From Candidatus Midichloria mitochondrii IricVA (GTDB taxonomy: Bacteria > Pseudomonadota > Alphaproteobacteria > Rickettsiales > Midichloriaceae), in contig NC_015722.1 of assembly GCF_000219355.1 (NCBI RefSeq), positions 660,001 to 692,000 of the forward strand: 32,000 bases of DNA, read 5' to 3'. The first letter of the stretch is position 1. Each line of letters begins with the position of its first letter. Positions 25,358 to 32,000 of this stretch are shown in pieces. The notes below the pieces were generated by a model. The model ran no database searches and was not told where the DNA came from. It saw only the letters and a list, made by a program, of their open reading frames with translations. The position numbers and the translations under genes are program-made.

Positions 25358-27235
25358 TTAGGGTAATAAATTTTTTATAGTTTGGCACATATCGCGGGTA
25401 TTTAACCCAGCTTCTTCATACATCTGTTGTACTGTATTTTGTTCTATAAAATAATCTGGTAAGCACAAAAGTCTAAATTTTAATTTGCCATCTAATAAAC
25501 CATCGTTCAACAAAAATTGGGCAACACTTGAGCCAAATCCGCCAATAGCTCCTTCTTCTACGGTTAATAGTATATCATGAGAAGAAGCTAAATCTCTAAT
25601 TAACTCTGTATCTATAGGTTTAGCAAATCTTGCATCAGCAATTGTTATATCAAATCCATCCTTTTTTAGCATTTCAGATGTTTTAATGCATTCCTGAAGC
25701 CTAGTCCCCAGAGATAAAATGGCTATTCTTTCTCCTTTCTGTATCACCCTGCCTTTACCAATTTCTAAGGGTTCTAGTTCATAATTAAATTCAATAGAGT
25801 TAGTTTTAGCTTTTGGATATCTTACCGCTGAAGGGCAGTGATTTATTTGATAAGCAGTGAAAACCATTTTTGCAAGCTCAGCCTCATCGCTCGGTGCCAT
25901 ACATATAAAATTTGGTAAGTTACATAAATAAGCTAAATCAAAAGATCCAGCATGAGTTGGGCCGTCAGCGCCAACAAGCCCGGCTCGATCTAGCATAAAA
26001 CGTACGGGTAGGGACTGAATTGCAACATCGTGAATAATTTGATCATATGCACGCTGCAAAAATGTTGAGTATATGGCAACGAACGGCTTAGTTCCAGCAG
26101 CTGCAAGCCCTGCGGCAAATGTTACCGCATGCTGTTCCGCAATACCCACATCATAAACCTGATCTGGTAATTCTTTAATCATTAAATCTAGCCCAGTACC
26201 CGAAGGCATAGCAGCAGTAATTGCAACGACCTCTTTATTCTTTTTGGCTATCTTGGTTAGAGTGCTAGCAAAAACTTTACTATAACTGAGGTAAGATTTT
26301 TCTGGCTTTTTTTGAATTTTGGTTTGCAAGTCAAACGGCAGAACTGCATGATAACTCTCCAAAGATTTTTCTGGAGAATCAAAACCTCTACCTTTCTCAG
26401 TCCTTATATGCAACAAAATTGGCTTATTAACCTGATCATTATCTCGAATATTTCTTAGAACTGGGATTAACTGGTCGAGGCTATGACCACCAACTGGTCC
26501 TATATAATGAAAGCCAATCTCTTCAAAGAAGTTGCTGCCTGTTGCTAGACGCTTTGTACATTTTTGTACATTTTTTACTACTTTTTCAAAGAAGGGAGTG
26601 TAATGTAGTGCATTTTTTGCAATGTTTCTAGCTTTGTAGTACTGCCTTGATGACAAAAGCTTTGCTAAATATGAACTCATTGCCCCAACCGCTGGAGCAA
26701 TTGACATTTTATTATCATTTAGAATAACTAGCATTTTAGTATTAAGCATTGAGGCATTATTAAGAGCCTCAAAAGCCATACCTGCGCTCATTGCTCCATC
26801 TCCTATAACTGCTATAACGTGATTATTCTGCTTCTTTATATCGCGAGCAGCAGCAAACCCTAAAGCTGCAGAAATTGATGTCGAACTGTGTCCCGCGCCA
26901 AAGGGATCATATATACTTTCATTACGCTTAGTAAAACCAGCGATACCACCAGGTTGCCTTATAGTGGACATTAGGTCTTTTCTGCCGGTTAGAATCTTAT
27001 GGGGGTATGCTTGGTGTCCTACATCCCAAATCAGTATGTCTTCTGGAGTATCGAAGATGTGATGGAGAGCGACTGTTAACTCAACAACACCAAGGCTAGC
27101 ACCTAAATGTCCTCCTTTTTCTGAAGCAATTTTAATAATCATTTCCCTGATCTCATCAGACAGGACCTTCAAGTCCTCAATCTTAAGCCCTTTTAAATCA
27201 AAAGGCAAAGAAACCCTACCTAACAAACTCATCAA
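25358..27235 (-). CDS. dxs: 1-deoxy-D-xylulose-5-phosphate synthase
   Basis: The protein is 625 aa. It carries GGHLGASLGVVELTVALHHIF and DVGHQAYPHKILTGR. The TPP-binding motif is IGDGAMSAGMAFEALNN, followed by DVGIAEQHAVTFAAGLA. Confidence 0.95.
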   Translation of the reverse strand: MMSLLGRVSLPFDLKGLKIEDLKVLSDEIREMIIKIASEKGGHLGASLGVVELTVALHHIFDTPEDILIWDVGHQAYPHKILTGRKDLMSTIRQPGGIAGFTKRNESIYDPFGAGHSSTSISAALGFAAARDIKKQNNHVIAVIGDGAMSAGMAFEALNNASMLNTKMLVILNDNKMSIAPAVGAMSSYLAKLLSSRQYYKARNIAKNALHYTPFFEKVVKNVQKCTKRLATGSNFFEEIGFHYIGPVGGHSLDQLIPVLRNIRDNDQVNKPILLHIRTEKGRGFDSPEKSLESYHAVLPFDLQTKIQKKPEKSYLSYSKVFASTLTKIAKKNKEVVAITAAMPSGTGLDLMIKELPDQVYDVGIAEQHAVTFAAGLAAAGTKPFVAIYSTFLQRAYDQIIHDVAIQSLPVRFMLDRAGLVGADGPTHAGSFDLAYLCNLPNFICMAPSDEAELAKMVFTAYQINHCPSAVRYPKAKTNSIEFNYELEPLEIGKGRVIQKGERIAILSLGTRLQECIKTSEMLKKDGFDITIADARFAKPIDTELIRDLASSHDILLTVEEGAIGGFGSSVAQFLLNDGLLDGKLKFRLLCLPDYFIEQNTVQQMYEEAGLNTRDMCQTIKNLLP

Positions 27236-27276
27236 AAAAACAACGCCATTACGGACACCCCTGTAGCATATTCATT

Positions 27277-27831
27277 TTAATCAGTAAAGATTGTTGGATT
27301 AATCAAAATTATATTATAGCCTTCGTCGCCTTCATAACCGAGAAGAAGTACTTCTGCTTTATACTCAGGATAACTCTCTGTTGGAATATACCCTTCTTCA
27401 CTAGAGTATTTGCTAGGTTCGCGACCGAAATAATGCGAATCTTGATTACTTTCATAATGAGTGGCGGTTGCTGTATCAAGAGGGCTTTCATTGCCACAAT
27501 TACAGCCAGTTAGCCTTTGGACATGGGCATTATAATCAGTAAAGTGAACCGCTTTCTTAGCTTGCCGTACAAAAGAATCAGGATCTTGCCGGGCGCAACT
27601 TACAAATAGATTATGAATATAATCACGGACACAAGCTAATAAGAGTTTAACGTTTGTATCATTACCTTCTAGTGTAGGCTTTTCTAGAAGTCCTGTAACT
27701 TGCTTATGGAACTCCGTATTATTCGCACAATTATTCTTCCCGCTTAAATTGGCCTGACGTTGTGCATACCACGCATGAGGTAACACACTTGACAGCGGTC
27801 TGTGTAAATTTACTAAATAATTTGTAATCAT
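27277..27831 (-). CDS. Hypothetical protein (184 aa, orphan)
   Basis: It is an intact ORF between dxs and a dead IS. There is no signal peptide or TM segment, and the C-terminus is acidic and Tyr-rich. I recognise no family motif. Confidence 0.4.
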   Translation of the reverse strand: MITNYLVNLHRPLSSVLPHAWYAQRQANLSGKNNCANNTEFHKQVTGLLEKPTLEGNDTNVKLLLACVRDYIHNLFVSCARQDPDSFVRQAKKAVHFTDYNAHVQRLTGCNCGNESPLDTATATHYESNQDSHYFGREPSKYSSEEGYIPTESYPEYKAEVLLLGYEGDEGYNIILINPTIFTD

Positions 27832-27922
27832 AGGTCTCTACCTTATAGAATGATTTTGGTGGCTATTCAAGCATTATCTGATCAATTTTAACTGAAGTCA
27901 ATAAATAATAATCACAAACGTT

Positions 27923-28732
27923 GGCAATGCCTGGTAATTATAGACGGCAACAAGATGGTATGATATCTTCATAGTATAATAGGTGGAGTAGAAATGGACA
28001 ATCAAGTGTAAATATTGTGGCTCTCGAGCAGGTGAAGAATGGCGTGGTATAGGGACAGCAGAGGTATAGATGCAAGAATTGCAAAAAGAATTACCGAGAA
28101 GGTAATAAGCGACAGAAATACACTATGAATGATAGACTTAAAACCTAATCTTGAGGACTGCGGGATTAGGACGATAAGAGAGACTGACTGGAATCCATAA
28201 CAGCCAAATATCTTCATGGATCGAAGGACGGGGGGACGCTATGTGCAAGAAAAGTTAGATAAGAGCTGCAACAGCACAAAGTCACTTAAGGATATCGAGG
28301 TCCTAGAGATTGAGGAGCTGTGCACATATATAAAAAAAGACCAAAGAATGGAAGTGGGAGTACACCTTTATATGGATTACTGTTGATAGAGGAGCGGGTG
28401 AAATTATTGATTTTGAAGGTAGGTGACGGGAGCAAGGCAACCCACCTGAACCTGTCATTTAGGCTTTGAGGAACGTTATAAATTGAGCATGTACAGATGA
28501 TTACAGCGTTTACGAATACTATAAAATCTCCACGCACCATCACAAAACAAAGGCTGAGACATCATTGTGGTAGAATCAAAGAATTCTTTAAGAGGCATTA
28601 TCTAGCTAGTTTTAATCGAAGAACGAAGCGCTATAGCAAACCCCTGAGGATGCTTTGCGCTACTCTTACCCTCTTCTTCCATAGGCATTTGTTGGATTTG
28701 AAACTTCTATCTACTAAATATTAGGCAATGCC
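27923..28732 (+). mobile_element. IS1-family element, degenerate (transposase riddled with stops and frameshifts)
   Basis: The imperfect terminal inverted repeats are GGCAATGCCTGGTAAT and, on the opposite strand at the other end, GGCATTGCCTAATAT. An N-terminal zinc-finger remnant reads IKCKYCGS..(R)CKNCKK. The C-terminal remnant reads ..VESKNSL.RHYLASFNRRTKRYSKPLRML.., matching the IS1 InsB C-terminus pattern. The length of about 810 bp fits IS1. Confidence 0.65.
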
Positions 28733-28740
28733 GAATCTAG

Positions 28741-29024
28741 TAAAAGCGTCTAGAAATAGTTTTGAATTGTACTAAAATCGCATAACCAACTCCAGGGATG
28801 GCTTAAAGATCAACCAGGTCAGCGGAAATTGCTCCAATCAGGGAGCCAAATTTATTCAGCAGAGTTTTGCTAGAGCTTTAGTATCTCTTCTAGCTATCGC
28901 ATTGAATAGGGGCGTTTCTGGTATTTCATAATCCGGTAAAGTTCTATTAGGAGGGTTTGAAGAATCTCTTCTTTAATCTACCTCTATGGCCAGTCAATAT
29001 TGAAAGACTCTGCTCCTTATCCAT
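28741..29024 (-). pseudogene. radC: radC N-terminal remnant, with internal stops, truncated by the IS1-family insertion
   Basis: The minus-strand translation is MDKEQSLSILTGHRGRLKKRFFKPS**NFTGL*..PIQCDS*KRY*SSSKTLLNKFGSLIGAISADLVDL*AIPGVGYAILVQFKTI. This matches the RadC N-terminal pattern (GHRxRLxxRF, FGSL, GIG helix-hairpin-helix). Confidence 0.55.
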
Positions 29025-29036
29025 TGTCAAAAGATA

Positions 29037-30572
29037 TTATAAAGGCAGATTACTATGTTTCTTCCAAGGAGTATGGAAACTCTTAGTTTCAAGTACTGCA
29101 AATGCCTGACAAATCTTCCATCTGGTATTATAAGGTCTTATGATATCATCGATATAGCCTCTTGAAGCGGCTGCAAATGGCGAAGCAAATTTATTTTCAT
29201 ATTCTGAGATTAAAACTTCTTTTTGCTTGTCAGACACCTTGGAATTTTTATAAAGTACTGAGGCAGCGCCTTTAGACCCCATAACTGCGATTTCAGTAGC
29301 TGGCCAAGCGAAATTTATATCACCAGATAAGTGCTTTGAGCTCATTACTATATAAGCACCTCCATATGCCTTACGTACTATAATACTAACTTTTGGAACG
29401 GTAGCTTCTGCATAAGCATAGAGTAACTTTGCACCATGCGTTATGATACCGTTATGCTCTTGAGAAGTGCCTGGCAAAAATCCTGGGACGTCTATTAGCG
29501 TTAGTAATGGAATATTAAAAGCATCGCAGAACCTCACAAAACGAGCAGCTTTTATTGAAGCATTTATATCGAGACAACCTGCTAATTGTGTTGGTTGATT
29601 AGCAACTATACCTACGGTTCTGCCCTCAAAACGAGCGAAGCCAACCAATATATTTTTTGCAAAATTGGGCTTAATTTCGAAGAAATCACCTTCATCGACG
29701 ATTTTTTCGATTAGCTGCTTCATGTCATAAGGCCTGGTAGAGTTTTCTGGCACTAGGGTTTCTAATGACATTTCAACTCTATCGGCCGGGTCAAGAGTGT
29801 GTCTAGTTGCTGCTGGTGCTCTATTTGAAGAGGGGAAAAAGTCTACCAATTTGCGAATATTTTGTAAACATTCAACGTCATTTGCAAAAGAACCGTCGCA
29901 TACACCACTTCTGCTACTATGAATTGTAGCTCCACCAAGTTTTTCATGAGTGATTTCTTCGAGAGTTACAGTATAAACAACATCAGGGCCGGTGACGTAC
30001 ATATAAGACGTATTTTGTACCATAAAAGTAAAATCAGTTAAAGCTGGAGAATAAACAGCCCCACCAGCGCAAGGGCCCATTATAACTGAAATTTGCGGAA
30101 TAACTCCTGAGGCATTAACATTCCTTTGGAAAATTTCTCCATAGCCAGAAAGAGAGTCAACGCCTTCTTGAATTCTAGCCCCGCCTGAGTCATTTATACC
30201 AATTATTGGTGCTCCTAATTTAAGAGCCATATCTTGGATCTTTTGTATTTTTTTGGCATGTGCTTCACCAAGAGAGCCCCCCATCACAGTAAAATCCTGA
30301 CTATACACGCAAACCAAACGGCCATTAATAGTACCGTAGCCGGTTACTACGCCGTCACCTGGTATAATATTATCCTGCATACCAAAGTTAGTGCATCGGT
30401 GCTCAGCAAATGCATCAATTTCATTAAAAGAATCTGGATCTAATAGAACATCTAGTCTTTCGCGAGCAGTTAATTTACCTTGGTCATGTTGCTTATCTAT
30501 GCGTTGCTGCCCACCACCTATTCTGCTGGCCTTTTTAAGGCTTTCTAATTTTGCATTTATTTTTAATAACAT
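29037..30572 (-). CDS. pccB: Propionyl-CoA carboxylase beta chain (acyl-CoA carboxyltransferase)
   Basis: The protein is 511 aa. It carries [46 protein letters not shown] and [17 protein letters not shown], and both carboxyltransferase halves are present. Confidence 0.92.
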   Translation of the reverse strand: MLLKINAKLESLKKASRIGGGQQRIDKQHDQGKLTARERLDVLLDPDSFNEIDAFAEHRCTNFGMQDNIIPGDGVVTGYGTINGRLVCVYSQDFTVMGGSLGEAHAKKIQKIQDMALKLGAPIIGINDSGGARIQEGVDSLSGYGEIFQRNVNASGVIPQISVIMGPCAGGAVYSPALTDFTFMVQNTSYMYVTGPDVVYTVTLEEITHEKLGGATIHSSRSGVCDGSFANDVECLQNIRKLVDFFPSSNRAPAATRHTLDPADRVEMSLETLVPENSTRPYDMKQLIEKIVDEGDFFEIKPNFAKNILVGFARFEGRTVGIVANQPTQLAGCLDINASIKAARFVRFCDAFNIPLLTLIDVPGFLPGTSQEHNGIITHGAKLLYAYAEATVPKVSIIVRKAYGGAYIVMSSKHLSGDINFAWPATEIAVMGSKGAASVLYKNSKVSDKQKEVLISEYENKFASPFAAASRGYIDDIIRPYNTRWKICQAFAVLETKSFHTPWKKHSNLPL

Positions 30573-30823
30573 ATTTTATTTTACAAAACTGGATTTGGTA
30601 GTTGTTTTTAGCTGAAAAACTTTATAATGACAATAATTATCTGCTCTGCCCTTAAATTATCGGCCTTTGATATTAGCATATTAAAGGACAAATCATTAAT
30701 TTCAGTAAATTATTATTAACTCATTGGGATGACTTATTGCATTAAGCTGCGTTGCATGTTAAGACGTTGACTCGTTACAACTGTAACTTGTTGTAATTTG
30801 TAAATATATAATAATTTAACGGA

Positions 30824-31654
30824 ATGATAGCTATGGAATCCTTACAAAATCAGTTATTAAAAATTGGCTTAGATAAAATCAGAGAAGAAATTTATAACAA
30901 AGACCTGTTAAATACCGATTTAAATCAATGGTTGTACTATGCCGTAGTTACAAACTATAAAGAAATGGTAGAATTTTTAATAAACCAAGGAGCTAATATT
31001 AATCACATAGAGGAGCAAGATTCTATGCTGCATTATGCTATTAGAAAGGGTTTTTTTGATCTGGCAGAATTCTTTATAGAGAGAGGGGCAAATGTCAATA
31101 TAAAGGGTTTTAATGGAGATTTACCAATTCATTATGGAATTCACTCGGGAAATAATGCTTTTACCATGTTCTTAGTTCGAAATGGTGCCAGAATTAATAT
31201 TGGAGATGATTTTGGGGTAACTCCCCTACATTATGCATGCTTGTATGGAGATTCTACAATCATTAAATTTCTCATTCAAAACGGAGCCAATGTGAACGCA
31301 AAAGATAACTATAATAAATCGGTATTTTTTTATGCAATTAGCAGCAATAATTTTGAGGCAATTGAAATTTTAATAGACAATAATGCGGATATCAATGCTC
31401 ATAATAATGAAGGAAAAACTCCTTTCCATTATGCCTGTATATATAGTAACATCGAGATGATGCAGTTTCTTATAGATAGAGGGGCTTATATAAACATTAT
31501 AGATGAGAAAAATTCAACACCACTACACTATGTTTGTTACAACAGAAATGTAAAAAAGATTAAGTTTTTAATAGAAAATAATGCCAATACAAATATTAAA
31601 AATTATGCAGGCTATTTACCGCTTGATTATTGCCCTGACCTTGTTTTTGAGTAG
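30824..31654 (+). CDS. Ankyrin-repeat protein (seven 33-residue repeats plus a partial eighth)
   Basis: Repeated units follow the form G.TPLHYAC..G....IKFLI.NGANVN.KD... Examples are GVTPLHYACLYGDSTIIKFLIQNGANVNAKDNY and GKTPFHYACIYSNIEMMQFLIDRGAYINIIDEK. The start may instead be the ATG at 30833. Confidence 0.9.
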   Translation: MIAMESLQNQLLKIGLDKIREEIYNKDLLNTDLNQWLYYAVVTNYKEMVEFLINQGANINHIEEQDSMLHYAIRKGFFDLAEFFIERGANVNIKGFNGDLPIHYGIHSGNNAFTMFLVRNGARINIGDDFGVTPLHYACLYGDSTIIKFLIQNGANVNAKDNYNKSVFFYAISSNNFEAIEILIDNNADINAHNNEGKTPFHYACIYSNIEMMQFLIDRGAYINIIDEKNSTPLHYVCYNRNVKKIKFLIENNANTNIKNYAGYLPLDYCPDLVFE

Positions 31655-31951
31655 TGTAGGGAAGGGATACAGCTAAAGCAATATAAAAAGGAAGGAGATG
31701 TATTTGCAAAGAGATGACTATGGAGGCTTTGAAGAGGCGTCAGCTGACAAAGAGCTACCAATTTTCCTTGAAGTAGGGAGAAGTGGACTTCTAAAATTTA
31801 GTATTCTTTTTTATTCAGCTTTAGCTATAAATAAAGAGCTTCAGGTAGAGTGAGGCTTTTTGTTTGCTAAAACAGCTTTTTATTAACTGAAGTAGTTTTG
31901 ACAATTTCATTGACTTTTTTATTGCATTGGCTATAGGAAGCACGCAGAAGT

Positions 31952-32000
31952 GGGGCCATAGCGCAGTTGGTAGCGCGCTTGAATGGCATTCAAGCGGTCG
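31952..32000 (+). tRNA. tRNA-Ala (anticodon GGC), 5' part only, running off the window edge
   Basis: The 5' acceptor strand is GGGGCCA and the D arm is GCGC-AGTTGGTA-GCGC. The anticodon stem-loop is CTTGA-ATGGCAT-TCAAG. The 3' half lies outside the window, so G3:U70 cannot be checked. Confidence 0.7.

Noticed and set aside
28815-28835. The sequence ACCAGGTCAGCGGAAA, which resembles the conserved core of SRP (4.5S) RNA.
   Set aside because: Only about 10 nt match and no flanking helix can be drawn. The stretch is explained by the radC remnant coding for ..ISADLVDL.. on the opposite strand.
31698-31853. A 51-aa ORF (MYLQRDDYGGFEEASADKELPIFLEV...) with an AGGAAGGAG directly upstream, downstream of the ankyrin gene.
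   Set aside because: It is too short, has no recognisable motif, and the SD abuts the ATG with no spacer. I kept it as a note only.

Overview
This is an AT-rich window whose gene content points to an obligate-intracellular alphaproteobacterium of the order Rickettsiales. That assignment is inferred from gene families and synteny, since no database search was possible.

The centrepiece, at about 3.1-13.6 kb on the minus strand, is a tightly packed Rickettsiales-type (rvh-like) type IV secretion operon: virB3, virB4 and three tandem virB6 paralogs. An unlinked VirB2/TrbC-like pilin gene lies at 20.3 kb and a 7-repeat ankyrin protein at 30.8 kb.

The most unusual feature is that the middle VirB6 paralog is split by a single in-frame TAG at 6827-6829. 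The split separates a 488-aa signal-peptide-bearing, Cys-rich soluble N-terminal piece from a 487-aa membrane piece that has no signal peptide and no Shine-Dalgarno. The last paralog also appears to lose a Gly-rich tail through a 1-nt change in a G6 run.

Housekeeping genes are pyrG, secG, ftsB, ispB, gltX, dxs, pccB and tsaC, plus tRNA-Asn, tRNA-Phe, tRNA-Glu and a partial tRNA-Ala.

The rest of the window is heavily decayed:
- uvrA is frameshifted in an A7 run.
- A family-1 glycosyltransferase is a pseudogene.
- A gene of about 2.1 kb for a secreted coiled-coil protein is shattered by stops and frameshifts.
- An FG-GAP remnant and a radC remnant cut by a degenerate IS1-family element are present.
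- Three non-identical, inactivated IS982-family copies are present, two of them in inverted orientation bracketing the T4SS cluster.

I saw no CRISPR array, rRNA or recognisable defence system. I see no clearly novel multi-gene system; the split or modified VirB6 paralogs are the best candidates for new biology.
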